From a virus (Duplodnaviria > Heunggongvirae > Uroviricota > Caudoviricetes), in the IMG/VR virus record IMGVR_UViG_2721755660_000004: a stretch of DNA of 45,337 nucleotides; one strand, 5' to 3'. The notes under the pieces were generated by a model. That model saw only the letters and a program-made list of their open reading frames with translations, searched no databases and was not told the origin of the DNA. Positions 21,732-31,177 of the stretch are shown piece by piece (position 1 is the stretch's first letter; the number at the start of each line of letters is the position of its first letter). Both the position numbers and the translations under genes were made by a program.

Positions 21732-22195
21732 GCAGAGTCGCCGCGATTATTTATGCTCTGGTTATCTGCATCATCGTCTGCCTGTCGTGGGCGGTCAATC
21801 ATTACCGTGATAACGCCATCGCCTACAAAGAACAGCGTGATAAAAAAGTCAGTGAGCTGAAGCAGGCGATCGCCACCATCGCTGACATGCAGCAGCGTCA
21901 GCGTGATGTTGCTGCTCTCGATGCAAAGTACTCGAGAGAATTAGCCAATGCGAAAGCTGAAAATGAAACTCTGCGCGCTGATGTTGCCGCTGGTCGTAAG
22001 CGCCTGCGGGTCAATGCCAGTTGCTCCGCAGCCGTGCGTGAAGCCACCGGACCCACCAGCGTGGATAATGCAACCAGCCCCCGACTGGCAGACACCGCTG
22101 AACGGGATTATTTCACCCTCAGAGAACGGTTGATGACGATGCAGAAGCAACTGGAAGGGGCGCAGGAATATATTCGCACCCAGTGCATTAAGTAG
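21728..22195 (+). CDS. Rz: i-spanin Rz (155 aa from the GTG at 21728)
   Basis: Near-collinear with lambda Rz ([30 protein letters not shown]...[19 protein letters not shown]). The GTG overlaps the endolysin stop. Confidence 0.9.
   Translation: MSRVAAIIYALVICIIVCLSWAVNHYRDNAIAYKEQRDKKVSELKQAIATIADMQQRQRDVAALDAKYSRELANAKAENETLRADVAAGRKRLRVNASCSAAVREATGPTSVDNATSPRLADTAERDYFTLRERLMTMQKQLEGAQEYIRTQCIK
21948..22133 (+). CDS. Rz1: o-spanin Rz1 lipoprotein (61 aa), embedded in Rz in the +1 frame
   Basis: Lipobox LVVSAC. The Pro-rich mature part is nearly identical to lambda Rz1 ([30 protein letters not shown]). Confidence 0.9.
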   Translation: MRKLKMKLCALMLPLVVSACGSMPVAPQPCVKPPDPPAWIMQPAPDWQTPLNGIISPSENG

Positions 22196-22218
22196 CCTTT
22201 TTGTTATCAGGAGAATGT

Positions 22219-22485
22219 ATGAAGAAATTACTGGTAACCGCAAAGCTCTTTAATGGAAGAATCCCGTTCCGGATTTTACAGCGTTGTCGTGTTCTGGCTG
22301 AAGGTACATTCAGTGGTAAATGCACGGAATGTTATTCACGAATATATGAAGTGGATGCCACGGATGAAGATATAACCGTTGAGTGTAATGCCGGGATTGT
22401 ATCGGCCACATTGCTTCATGGGCGAATTGGGTTGTCGCAGGAGGATGCAAATGAATTACCAACTGGCAAAACTTTATCGTGGTAA
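22219..22485 (+). CDS. Hypothetical protein (88 aa from MKKLLVT)
   Basis: AGGAG SD 5 nt upstream. No family recognised. Confidence 0.55.
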   Translation: MKKLLVTAKLFNGRIPFRILQRCRVLAEGTFSGKCTECYSRIYEVDATDEDITVECNAGIVSATLLHGRIGLSQEDANELPTGKTLSW

Positions 22486-22651
22486 ACATTTCGCAGGGTA
22501 TGGGATTGCAGTTAATGGTGAGTTACTGGAAGGGCAGCTTTCCGCCAGGACAGAGTCACGCGGAGGCGAGCCACCAACCGTCACTGTGACTTTCAGACTG
22601 ACAGCAGAACATATCGAGAATCAGCCCGTCATTAAACTGAACAGGGTGTGA
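22451..22651 (+). CDS. Hypothetical protein (66 aa from MNYQLAK)
   Basis: AGGAGG SD 6 nt upstream of the ATG at 22451. The start lies 35 nt inside the preceding ORF. Confidence 0.55.
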   Translation: MNYQLAKLYRGKHFAGYGIAVNGELLEGQLSARTESRGGEPPTVTVTFRLTAEHIENQPVIKLNRV

Positions 22652-22660
22652 GGTATATTT

Positions 22661-23011
22661 ATGCCATCACGAATCCCACGCGCCTGCCGTAAGCGTGGAT
22701 GTGCAGGTACAACCACAGACAGTTCTGGTTACTGCGATAAACATCGTGGCGAAGGATGGGTACAGCATCAACGCGGACTGAGCCGCCACCAGCGTGGCTA
22801 TGGCTCGAAATGGGATGCCATACGTGCGCGCATACTGAAGCGTGATAATCATCTGTGTCAGAACTGTCTGCGCAATGGACGAGCCGTTGAGGCCAGGACT
22901 GTAGACCACATTATCCCAAAAGCTCATGGTGGCACTGATGATGATTCCAATCTTGAGTCGTTATGCTGGGAATGCCACAGAGTGAAGACAGCAAGAGAAC
23001 ATATTCGATGA
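22661..23011 (+). CDS. HNH endonuclease (HK97 gp74-like, terminase-associated; 116 aa)
   Basis: HNH core DHIIPKAHGGTDDDSNLESLCWECHRVKT, plus an N-terminal Cys cluster. Confidence 0.9.
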   Translation: MPSRIPRACRKRGCAGTTTDSSGYCDKHRGEGWVQHQRGLSRHQRGYGSKWDAIRARILKRDNHLCQNCLRNGRAVEARTVDHIIPKAHGGTDDDSNLESLCWECHRVKTAREHIR

Positions 23012-23104
23012 TAATATTCACTGCTGTAATGCATAAAAATAGTTTCTACATTCATGCAGATACCCGGAAGGAATTTTGGGTTGTTTTAAGTAAAAAGCTG
23101 GGGT

Positions 23105-23130
23105 GGGGCAAATTTGAGTTAATTCGCCCC
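23105..23130 (-). terminator. Hairpin downstream of the reverse wHTH gene (10-bp stem with one G.U pair on the minus-strand RNA)
   Basis: GGGGCGAATT-AACTCA-AATTTGCCCC on the minus strand. A T5 run starts 9 nt later. The stem carries an A.C mismatch on the plus-strand RNA. Confidence 0.35.
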
Positions 23131-23146
23131 TCAGATGAGTTTAGCC

Positions 23147-23662
23147 CTACTGGAGGGTTGTTTGAATTAGTCGAAGTGCGTTCGGCAGATTCAGAGCCCC
23201 CTGAGTCAGTAACTGTAGGGTCAAATGTTTTATGGCGTCTCCCGGAAGCTCTCGGAGTTTTGAAATCAATCCCTTCTTCTGATCTTCAGGTATATTTGCA
23301 ACACGGATTATATCCTCAAGGGCAACAATCGTGTCATTGTGTAACCGAACGGTTTGAACTTTAAGGATCGCACTTAAGCCGCCATCATCAAGAAGAAAAT
23401 CAATTCCTTTCTCTGTAATGTTGCAGTACGGGGCATTGAAGATAAAATCAACGCCATCCATGGTATCGCTGCGTACGAAGGGTGTAGAAACGAGACCATG
23501 CATTTCAAGGTATAACATGCACGCCACAAAGTGATCATAGCTGTCAAATTTCTCAATAAGGTCTTGTTCCTGTGCCTTGTTTAAAGAGTTAGGAGCACAA
23601 TCTATAAGGGCGTTGAGGATTTCAAGTTGTAAGGTTCTGTCATATTTTCTGGTTTTATCCAT
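23147..23662 (-). CDS. Winged-helix (DUF2513/YjcQ-like) protein with an extra C-terminal helical domain (171 aa)
   Basis: The pattern LQLEILNALID...HFVACMLYLEMHGLV...ITEKGIDFLLDDGG resembles DUF2513. GGAG SD 8 nt upstream. Orientation is opposite to the flanking genes. Confidence 0.7.
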   Translation of the reverse strand: MDKTRKYDRTLQLEILNALIDCAPNSLNKAQEQDLIEKFDSYDHFVACMLYLEMHGLVSTPFVRSDTMDGVDFIFNAPYCNITEKGIDFLLDDGGLSAILKVQTVRLHNDTIVALEDIIRVANIPEDQKKGLISKLRELPGDAIKHLTLQLLTQGALNLPNALRLIQTTLQ

Positions 23663-23904
23663 TTCTTAGACTCCATCGTTTATTTATTGAGATTAACTGA
23701 AGACATCATGCTGAGCATCCTGATGGATGACCAGTATCTTCTTTTTGCGTGATTTCTTGCTGCCATCTTCAGGGGGGAGGGGGGGATCAAATCCCTGACG
23801 CCTTTCGCGCTTCAGGACCGCCGCCTGACCCTTCCTCATATCGCCGCAGGTTCGAAAACTTTTTTTTGGAAATGTGAACAAACGATTGATAGGTAAGACC
23901 GATT

Positions 23905-24387
23905 ATGTCAGGACCTCCGAAAACCCCGCCACGCCTGCATTTGATTCGAGGCAACCCCTCAAAGCGCCCCGTTAAAGACCACAAAAAAACCGCTAAAAAG
24001 GATGAAAAAGGTCTTCCTAAAATTCCGCAGCATTTAGGGGCTCAGGGGAAGTACTGGTTCAGGCGAATGGCGGAAGAGCTGAATGCGGAAGGGATCATTT
24101 CTCAGCTTGATGCGCGTGCGCTCGAGTTGCTGGTGGAAGCCTACACCGAATATCGGCATCACTGCGAAACACTCGATGTTGAGGGGTATACCTACCGCAC
24201 GGAAACGCAGAGCGGTGATGTACTGATTAAGGCGCACCCCGCGGCGGCAATGAAAGCGGATGCCTGGAAGCGGATCCGGGCAATGCTTGCAGAGTTTGGT
24301 ATGTCACCGGCAAGCCGGGCTAAAGTAAATATCGCCGGACCGGATGATGTTGATCCGCTGGCGGAGCTTTTAAAAGCGAGAGACTGA
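23905..24387 (+). CDS. Terminase small subunit, P27 family (160 aa)
   Basis: Signature of P27-type TerS: PPRLHLIRGNPSKRP...PKIPQHLGAQGKYWFRRMAEEL. Confidence 0.88.
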   Translation: MSGPPKTPPRLHLIRGNPSKRPVKDHKKTAKKDEKGLPKIPQHLGAQGKYWFRRMAEELNAEGIISQLDARALELLVEAYTEYRHHCETLDVEGYTYRTETQSGDVLIKAHPAAAMKADAWKRIRAMLAEFGMSPASRAKVNIAGPDDVDPLAELLKARD

Positions 24388-26144
24388 TGGCAAAAGTGGC
24401 TGACGGGATCCGCTACGCCGAACGTGTTGTTGCAGGAGAAATTGTTGCTGGCGAATTTGTCCGCTTGGCCTGCCAGCGTTTTCTTGATGATCTGAAGTAC
24501 GGCGAAGAGCGGGGGATTTATTTCAGTGAACCCCGTGCGCAGCACATCCTGAATTTCTACAAATTTGTGCCTCATGTAAAAGGGGCGCTGGCAGGCCAGC
24601 CCATTGAACTGATGGACTGGCATGTATTTATCCTCATTAATATTTTTGGTTTTGTCATTCCGCTGGTGAATGAAGAGACCGGGGAAGTTGTCATGCGCAG
24701 CGATGGCAGCGGACGTCCGGTGATGGTGCGCCGGTTCCGGACGGCGTACAACGAAGTCGCCCGTAAAAACGCAAAATCAACTCTGTCATCGGGTATCGGC
24801 CTGTATATGACGGGGGCAGATGGTGAAGGCGGTGCTGAGGTGTATTCAGCCGCCACCACGCGTGACCAGGCCAGAATTGTGTTTGAAGACGCCAAAAATA
24901 TGGTCAGAAAAGCCCGGTCGACACTCGGGCGGTTGTTTGATTTCAACAAGCTGGCGATTTACCAGGAGCAGAGCGCATCAAAATTTGAACCGCTTTCCTC
25001 GGATGCAAACAACCTGGATGGTCTGAACATCCACTGCGCCATTATTGATGAGCTGCATGCACATAAAACCCGCGACGTGTGGGACGTTCTGGAAACGGCA
25101 ACCGGTGCCCGCCTGCAGTCCCTGTTATTTGGTATCACCACGGCAGGGTTTAACAAGGAAGGGATTTGTTACGAGCAGCGTGATTACGCCATCAAGGTAT
25201 TGCGTGGCTATAACAGCGATGTGGAGGGCGCTGTAAAAGACGACTCCTACTTTGCGATTATTTACACCCTCGATGAGGGAGATGATCCGTTTGATGAAAC
25301 GGTCTGGCAGAAAGCGAATCCCGGCCTGGGCATCTGTAAACGCTGGGATGATCTGCGTCGCCTGGCGAAAAAAGCGAAAGAACAGGTCTCTGCGCGGGTG
25401 AATTTTTTTACCAAACACATGAATGTGTGGGTAACAGCAGAGTCTGCCTGGATGGACATGATTAAGTGGGAGAAGTGCGAATACATTGCCCCACGACATG
25501 AGCTGAAAACGTATCCCATGTGGGTCGGCGTTGACCTTGCTCATAAGATTGATATCTGTGCGGCGGCAAAACTCTGGCGAACGGATAACGGGCATGTTCA
25601 TGCCGATTTTAAATTCTGGCTTCCGGAAGGACGGCTGGAACGATGCTCGCGGCAGCAGGCAGAACTTTACCGGAAGTGGGCGGAGATGGATAAGCTGATT
25701 CTGACGGATGGTGATGTTATCGATCATGCTCAGATAAAAAGTGACTTACTGGAATGGATTGGTGGTGAAAACCTCAGGGAACTGGGATTTGACCCGTGGA
25801 GCGCGATGCAGTTCAGCCTGGCACTGGCTGAAGAAGGGATACCGCTGGTGGAGGTTCCGCAGACGGTTCGCAATCTGTCAGAGGCCATGAAGGAAACGGA
25901 ATCACTGGTCTATGCCGGGCGTTTCCATCACAGCAATCATCCGGTCATGAACTGGATGATGTCTAACGTTACGGTAAAACCGGACAAAAACGACAATATC
26001 TTCCCGAATAAATCCACGCTGGAAGCCAAAATCGACGGCCCTGTTGCGATGTTTACAGCAATGAGCCGGATGCTGGTCAATGGTGGTGAACCGGAGCTGG
26101 ATCTGTCTGAACATCTGGTCAGCGTGGGCATCCGTTCGCTTTAA
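24387..26144 (+). CDS. Terminase large subunit (585 aa)
   Basis: Size, position after TerS with an ATGA-type junction, and ATPase/nuclease-like motifs (e.g. [10 protein letters not shown]). Confidence 0.92.
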   Translation: MAKVADGIRYAERVVAGEIVAGEFVRLACQRFLDDLKYGEERGIYFSEPRAQHILNFYKFVPHVKGALAGQPIELMDWHVFILINIFGFVIPLVNEETGEVVMRSDGSGRPVMVRRFRTAYNEVARKNAKSTLSSGIGLYMTGADGEGGAEVYSAATTRDQARIVFEDAKNMVRKARSTLGRLFDFNKLAIYQEQSASKFEPLSSDANNLDGLNIHCAIIDELHAHKTRDVWDVLETATGARLQSLLFGITTAGFNKEGICYEQRDYAIKVLRGYNSDVEGAVKDDSYFAIIYTLDEGDDPFDETVWQKANPGLGICKRWDDLRRLAKKAKEQVSARVNFFTKHMNVWVTAESAWMDMIKWEKCEYIAPRHELKTYPMWVGVDLAHKIDICAAAKLWRTDNGHVHADFKFWLPEGRLERCSRQQAELYRKWAEMDKLILTDGDVIDHAQIKSDLLEWIGGENLRELGFDPWSAMQFSLALAEEGIPLVEVPQTVRNLSEAMKETESLVYAGRFHHSNHPVMNWMMSNVTVKPDKNDNIFPNKSTLEAKIDGPVAMFTAMSRMLVNGGEPELDLSEHLVSVGIRSL

Positions 26145-26155
26145 CCGAGGTCATT

Positions 26156-26338
26156 ATGTTTCTGATAATTCTCGCGCCACTGGTGGGCGTGCTGGGTGCG
26201 CTTTTGCTGGCGTATGGTGCCTGGCTGATTTATCCCCCGGCGGGTTTTGTTGTTGCCGGGGTGCTGTGCCTGTTCTGGTCGTGGCTGGTGGCGCGATATC
26301 TCGACCGTACACAGCCGTCTGTCGGCGGAGGTAAATAG
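26156..26338 (+). CDS. Small membrane protein (60 aa)
   Basis: GAGG SD 7 nt upstream. Two hydrophobic helices. It fills the TerL-portal gap. Confidence 0.55.
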   Translation: MFLIILAPLVGVLGALLLAYGAWLIYPPAGFVVAGVLCLFWSWLVARYLDRTQPSVGGGK

Positions 26339-27579
26339 TGTTCTTTTCGGGGTTATTTCAACGAAAAAGTGACGCGCCGGTGACCACGCCAGCAGAGCTG
26401 GCGGATGCCATCGGGTTGTCTTACGACACCTATACCGGAAAGCAGATCAGCAGTCAGCGGGCCATGCGACTGACGGCGGTTTTTTCCTGCGTCAGAGTGC
26501 TGGCAGAGTCGGTCGGGATGTTGCCCTGCAATCTGTATCACCTGAACGGCAGCCTGAAACAGAGAGCCACCGGCGAACGTCTGCATAAGCTGATCTCCAC
26601 GCATCCCAATGGCTATATGACGCCGCAGGAGTTCTGGGAGCTGGTGGTCACCTGTCTGTGCCTGAGGGGAAACTTTTACGCCTACAAAGTGAAAGCATTT
26701 GGCGAAGTGGCTGAACTGCTGCCCGTCGATCCCGGTTGTGTGGTACCGAAGCTTAACAGTCGCTGGGAGCCGGTCTATCAGGTCACATTCCCGGACGGTT
26801 CCACGGATGTACTGAGCCAGGAAGATATCTGGCATGTGCGCACGCTGACGCTGGACGGTCTGGTGGGACTGAATCCCATCGCCTATGCCCGCGAGGCAAT
26901 ATCGCTGGCAGCAGCGACCGAAGAGCACGGGGCCAGACTGTTCAGCAATGGTGCGGTGACGTCCGGTGTGTTGCGTACAGAACAGACGCTGTCGGATCAG
27001 GCTTATGAGCGCCTGAAGAAAGATTTTGAGGAGCGTCACACCGGGCTTGGCAATGCTCACCGCCCGATGATCCTTGAGATGGGGCTGGACTGGAAGTCGA
27101 TGGCGCTGAACGCCGAGGACAGCCAGTTCCTGGAAACCCGCAAGTTTCAGCTTGAAGAAATCTGTCGTCTGTTCCGGGTGCCGTTGCACATGGTGCAGAA
27201 CACCGATCGCGCCACCTTCAACAATATCGAAGAGCTGGGGCTGGGATTTATCAACTATTCACTGGTGCCGTATCTGACCCGCATCGAACAGCGGATCAAC
27301 ACCGGACTGGTACGAAAAAGTAAGCAGGGCGTTTATTACGCCAAATTTAACGTCGGGGCGTTACTGCGCGGGGATATGAAGTCCCGTTTTGAAGCCTACG
27401 CCACCGGGATCAACTGGGGAATTTACTCTCCCAATGACTGCCGCGACCTGGAAGATATGAATCCGCGTCCCGGTGGGGATGTCTATCTCACACCGATGAA
27501 CATGACCACGAAACCATCCGATGGCAGTAAAGCCGGTAAGCAGAAGGATAACGCCAATGCAGACGAAACAACGTCTTGA
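26338..27579 (+). CDS. Portal protein, HK97 family (413 aa, GTG start)
   Basis: GGAGG SD 6 nt before the GTG. Length and position fit. HK97-type portal-like sequence features (e.g. RVPLHMVQN). Confidence 0.9.
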   Translation: MFFSGLFQRKSDAPVTTPAELADAIGLSYDTYTGKQISSQRAMRLTAVFSCVRVLAESVGMLPCNLYHLNGSLKQRATGERLHKLISTHPNGYMTPQEFWELVVTCLCLRGNFYAYKVKAFGEVAELLPVDPGCVVPKLNSRWEPVYQVTFPDGSTDVLSQEDIWHVRTLTLDGLVGLNPIAYAREAISLAAATEEHGARLFSNGAVTSGVLRTEQTLSDQAYERLKKDFEERHTGLGNAHRPMILEMGLDWKSMALNAEDSQFLETRKFQLEEICRLFRVPLHMVQNTDRATFNNIEELGLGFINYSLVPYLTRIEQRINTGLVRKSKQGVYYAKFNVGALLRGDMKSRFEAYATGINWGIYSPNDCRDLEDMNPRPGGDVYLTPMNMTTKPSDGSKAGKQKDNANADETTS

Positions 27580-28207
27580 TGTACCGCTGAGTCTGAAATC
27601 TGTCAGTGACTCCGGTGAGTTTGAAGGGTATGGCTCCGTCTTTGGTGTAAAGGACAGCCACGATGATGTGGTGATGTCCGGGGCATTTGCTGCTTCCCTG
27701 CGGGCGTGGAGTGACAGAAAAGCGTTACCTGCGCTGCTCTGGCAGCACCGCATGGATGAACCCATCGGTGTTTACACCGAAATGAAGGAAGACGATGTCG
27801 GGCTTTACGTCAGGGGACGGTTGCTTATTGATGATGATCCCCTCGCAAAACGCGCACATGCACACATGAAGGCCGGTTCGTTAACCGGCCTTTCTATTGG
27901 GTACGTCCTGAAAGACTGGGAATACGACCGGAGCAAAGAAGCCTTTCTGCTGAAAGAAATCGACCTCTGGGAAGTCAGCCTGGTGACGTTCCCGTCTAAC
28001 GACGAGGCGCGGATCAGCGACGTCAAGAACGCACTGGCCCGCGGGGAAATCCCCGAACAGAAAAAAATCGAAAGAGTCCTGCGTGATGTCGGACTCTCCC
28101 GTACCCAGGCCAAAGCATTCATGGCCGGGGGCTATGGCGCACTGTCCCTGCGCGACGCTGAGGATGTGGGCTCTGCACTGAATGCACTGAAAAATCTAAA
28201 CTTCTAA
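27557..28207 (+). CDS. Prohead maturation protease, HK97 (S78) family (216 aa from MQTKQRL)
   Basis: The GYGSVFGVKDSHDDVV motif is typical of HK97-type proteases. It lies between the portal and capsid genes. Confidence 0.88.
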   Translation: MQTKQRLDVPLSLKSVSDSGEFEGYGSVFGVKDSHDDVVMSGAFAASLRAWSDRKALPALLWQHRMDEPIGVYTEMKEDDVGLYVRGRLLIDDDPLAKRAHAHMKAGSLTGLSIGYVLKDWEYDRSKEAFLLKEIDLWEVSLVTFPSNDEARISDVKNALARGEIPEQKKIERVLRDVGLSRTQAKAFMAGGYGALSLRDAEDVGSALNALKNLNF

Positions 28208-28221
28208 TCAGGAGAAATACG

Positions 28222-29427
28222 ATGGCGGTTGATATTAAAGATGTCGAACAGGTCGCGCAGGAGCTGCAGCAGAAGTTTGACGACTTCAAAGCAAAGAACG
28301 ACAAGCGCGTGGATGCGATTGAGCAGGAAAAAGGCAAACTTGCCGGGCAGGTGGAAACCCTGAACGGGAAACTCAGCGAGCTGGAAAACCTCAAAAGCGA
28401 TCTTGAAAAAGAGCTGCTTGAGCTGAAACGTCCGGCAGGTGGTGCGCAAAATAAACTGGCCACCGAGCATAAAGAAGCGTTTGTGGGCTTCCTGCGTAAA
28501 GGCCGTGAAGATGGTCTGCGCGATCTGGAGCGCAAGGCATTACAGGTGGGCTCCGATGAAGACGGCGGCTATGCCGTGCCGGAAGCACTGGATCGCAACA
28601 TTCTCACCCTGCTGAAAGATGAAGTGGTGATGCGCCAGGAAGCCACGGTGATCAGCGTTGGTGGTTCCGACTACAAAAAACTGGTGAATCTGGGCGGCAC
28701 GGCTTCCGGATGGGTTGGCGAGACTGACGCGCGCTCCCAGACTGCCACCTCAAAACTGGGCCTGATTGAACCTTTCATGGGGGAAATCTACGGTAACCCG
28801 CAGGCCACCCAGAAAATGCTGGATGATGCCTTTTTCAACGTGGAAGCATGGATCAACAGCGAGCTGGCAACCGAATTTGCCGAACAGGAAGAAATTGCCT
28901 TTACCACCGGCGATGGTACCAAGAAGCCGAAAGGGTTCCTGGCGTATGAGTCCACGGATGAAACAGACAAGGTCCGGGCGTTCGGCAAACTTCAGCATAT
29001 TGTATCCGGCGAAGCGACGGCGGTGACCGCAGATGCCATTATCAAACTGATTTACACGCTGCGTAAGGCACACCGCACTGGCGCGAAGTTCATGATGAAC
29101 AACAACAGTCTGTTTGCCATCCGTCTGCTGAAAGACAGTGAGGGTAACTATCTGTGGCGTCCGGGGCTGGAGCTGGGGCAGCCGTCCTCTCTGGCGGGTT
29201 ACGCTATCGCTGAAAACGAACAGATGCCGGATATTGCCGCTGATGCGAAAGCCATTGCATTTGGTAACTTCAAACGGAGTTACACCATCGTTGACCGTAT
29301 CGGTACCCGCATTCTGCGTGACCCGTACACCAATAAACCGTTTGTCGGTTTTTATACCACCAAGCGCACCGGCGGCATGCTGGTCGATTCGCAGGCCATC
29401 AAACTGCTGAAGATTGCAGCGGCGTAA
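28222..29427 (+). CDS. Major capsid protein, HK97 fold (401 aa) with an N-terminal coiled-coil delta domain
   Basis: AGGAG SD. Coiled-coil N-terminus followed by a capsid core. Follows the protease. Confidence 0.92.
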   Translation: MAVDIKDVEQVAQELQQKFDDFKAKNDKRVDAIEQEKGKLAGQVETLNGKLSELENLKSDLEKELLELKRPAGGAQNKLATEHKEAFVGFLRKGREDGLRDLERKALQVGSDEDGGYAVPEALDRNILTLLKDEVVMRQEATVISVGGSDYKKLVNLGGTASGWVGETDARSQTATSKLGLIEPFMGEIYGNPQATQKMLDDAFFNVEAWINSELATEFAEQEEIAFTTGDGTKKPKGFLAYESTDETDKVRAFGKLQHIVSGEATAVTADAIIKLIYTLRKAHRTGAKFMMNNNSLFAIRLLKDSEGNYLWRPGLELGQPSSLAGYAIAENEQMPDIAADAKAIAFGNFKRSYTIVDRIGTRILRDPYTNKPFVGFYTTKRTGGMLVDSQAIKLLKIAAA

Positions 29428-29434
29428 TCATTCA

Positions 29435-29456
29435 GGGGGCGCAGAAGTGCGCCCCC
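29435..29456 (+). terminator. GC-rich hairpin after the capsid gene (GGGGGCGCA-GAAG-TGCGCCCCC)
   Basis: Perfect 9-bp stem. The downstream tract is only weakly T-rich, so it is probably a partial terminator or stabiliser. Confidence 0.4.
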
Positions 29457-29478
29457 TGTTCTGACAGGTGAAAGAATC

Positions 29479-29667
29479 ATGATCCTGAAACAAGATCTGA
29501 AATGGTCACCGGACGGTATGCGTGTTGAGATTATTCGGGCCGGTGAGTATGAAGATAAAGAATTACCCGAACGGGTACGCGAAATTGCCACTGCAGCTGG
29601 GATTGTCTCTGATAAGAGAACACCTGTTGCGCGGGGGGCTGATAAGTCTAAAAAACAGCATTCATAG
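29479..29667 (+). CDS. Small hypothetical head-module protein (62 aa)
   Basis: AGGTGA SD. It lies in the operon between the capsid and connector genes. Confidence 0.5.
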   Translation: MILKQDLKWSPDGMRVEIIRAGEYEDKELPERVREIATAAGIVSDKRTPVARGADKSKKQHS

Positions 29668-29678
29668 AGGTTGCCCAA

Positions 29679-29984
29679 ATGATGCCCACTCTGGAAGAGC
29701 TTCGTGTTCAGTGCCGGATTGATGATGACAATGAACAGGAGAATTCTCTTCTTATGATGTATCTGGCTGCTGCCAGGGAAGAGGCTGAAAAGTTTTTAAA
29801 CCGGACGCTTTACGATGAAACTGTTTCTGAGCAGGATACGACCGGGCTTGTAATAACACCTCTGATAAAACTGCGTCTTATGCAACTGGTTGGCTACTGG
29901 TACGAGAACAGGGAAATGCAGGATGCAGTGCCTGATTTTTTCTATACCGGACTGCGGATGTATCGATTTCATCCCGGAACATAG
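29679..29984 (+). CDS. Head-tail connector protein (gp6-like; 101 aa)
   Basis: LEELRVQCRIDDDNEQENSLLMMYLAAAREEAEKFLNRTL is typical of the gp6-like connector family. Confidence 0.75.
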   Translation: MMPTLEELRVQCRIDDDNEQENSLLMMYLAAAREEAEKFLNRTLYDETVSEQDTTGLVITPLIKLRLMQLVGYWYENREMQDAVPDFFYTGLRMYRFHPGT

Positions 29985-29992
29985 GAGGATTC

Positions 29993-30331
29993 ATGCAGGC
30001 AGGAAGATTACGTGATCGTGTGGTTATTCTGAATGCCACCACCGTTCGGTCTCCGTCAGGGCACCCTGTGGAAACAATGACGGAGGGGGCAACCGTATGG
30101 GCAGAAGTTAAGGGGATCAGTGGCAGGGAGAGAATATCCGGAGGCGCAGAAACTGCTCAGGCTACAGTGAGGGTCTGGATGAGATTCCGGCGAGATGTAA
30201 CAGCAACTTCATGTCTGAAAGTGCTGACTGGTGCATTCAAAGGCGCGATTCTGAGTATAGACGGTCCGCCGATACCGGATGCTCGTGCCACACGGCTTGA
30301 GATACTCTGTTCTCAGAAGGGGAATGTGTGA
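29993..30331 (+). CDS. Head closure / head-tail adaptor protein (112 aa)
   Basis: The RLRDRVVI...G....W....VWAEVKGISGRE pattern matches the head-tail joining family. Confidence 0.75.
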   Translation: MQAGRLRDRVVILNATTVRSPSGHPVETMTEGATVWAEVKGISGRERISGGAETAQATVRVWMRFRRDVTATSCLKVLTGAFKGAILSIDGPPIPDARATRLEILCSQKGNV

Positions 30332-30777
30332 TGGATTTCAGTCTTGATTTTTCAGGTCTGGCGGATATTGCACGGGATCTGGAGACGCTCAGCAGGGCAG
30401 AAAACAATAAGGTACTGCGCGATGCCACCCGTGCCGGTGCTGAAGTTATGCGGGATGCAGTTGTTGAACGTGCGCCGGAGCGAACCGGGAAACTGAAGAA
30501 AAATGTGGTTGTTCTCACTCAGCGTTCAAAGCGTCGGGGGGAAATTATCTCGGGTGTCCACATTCGTGGACGGAACCTGCGAACCGGAAACAGTGATAAC
30601 AGCATGAAAGCCAGTGATCCCCGAAATGCGTTTTACTGGCGCTTTGTGGAGCTGGGAACGATAAACATGCCCGCGCATCCGTTCATTCGCCCGGCTTTCG
30701 ATACGACAGAGGAACTGGCAGCACAGATTGCCATACAGCGAATGAATCAGGCTATTGATGAGGTCTTAAGTAAATGA
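30328..30777 (+). CDS. HK97 gp10-family tail-joining protein (149 aa)
   Basis: Family-typical sequence: LRDATRAGAEVMRDAVVERAPERTGKLKKNVV...HPFIRPAFD. Confidence 0.8.
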   Translation: MMDFSLDFSGLADIARDLETLSRAENNKVLRDATRAGAEVMRDAVVERAPERTGKLKKNVVVLTQRSKRRGEIISGVHIRGRNLRTGNSDNSMKASDPRNAFYWRFVELGTINMPAHPFIRPAFDTTEELAAQIAIQRMNQAIDEVLSK

Positions 30778-31118
30778 GAGAGACCACACTGTATTCCCTG
30801 CTGTCTCAACTGGCCGGAGGACAGGTTTATCCTTATGTGGTCCCGCTGACGGAGGGAAAGCCTGCGGTATCTCCGCCATGGCTGGTATTTTCTGTGGTGT
30901 CTGACACTGCGTCTGATGTGCTTGATGGTCAGGCTGAATCCAGAATTACCGTGCAGATCGATGTCTGGGCAACAGTACCTGATGACGCAGATGATATCCG
31001 TGAGCAGGCGCTTGATGCGGTAAGGCAACTTGCACCCTCCGTTATTTCTAAAACTCAGGGTTATGATCCTGATTCCCGTCTGAGCAGAGCCACGCTTGAA
31101 TTTCAGGTAATAGCCTGA
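30774..31118 (+). CDS. Tail completion/terminator-like protein (DUF3168-type; 114 aa)
   Basis: Position before the major tail gene. The pattern LYSLL...VYPYVVP.......PWLVFSVVSD resembles DUF3168. Confidence 0.7.
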   Translation: MRETTLYSLLSQLAGGQVYPYVVPLTEGKPAVSPPWLVFSVVSDTASDVLDGQAESRITVQIDVWATVPDDADDIREQALDAVRQLAPSVISKTQGYDPDSRLSRATLEFQVIA

Positions 31119-31138
31119 GGTCGTTAATGATTTTACCC

Positions 31139-31160
31139 ACCCGCCGCTGGCGGGTTTTTT
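31139..31160 (+). terminator. Intrinsic terminator-like hairpin before the major tail gene
   Basis: ACCCGCC-GCT-GGCGGGT followed by T6. Confidence 0.55.
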
Positions 31161-31177
31161 ATTTTCAGGAGACGAGT

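Noticed and set aside
23008-23364. Plus-strand ORF ATGA-coupled to the HNH stop (part of track ORF 22963-23364)
   Set aside because: It overlaps the better-supported minus-strand 171-aa gene by about 218 nt and crosses its terminator hairpin. It is probably a remnant whose 3' end now reads antisense into the inserted gene.
24572-27189. Minus-strand ORFs 24572-24949, 25125-25727 and 26353-27189
   Set aside because: They are antisense to TerL and the portal gene. They have no SDs and an Arg/His-rich composition.
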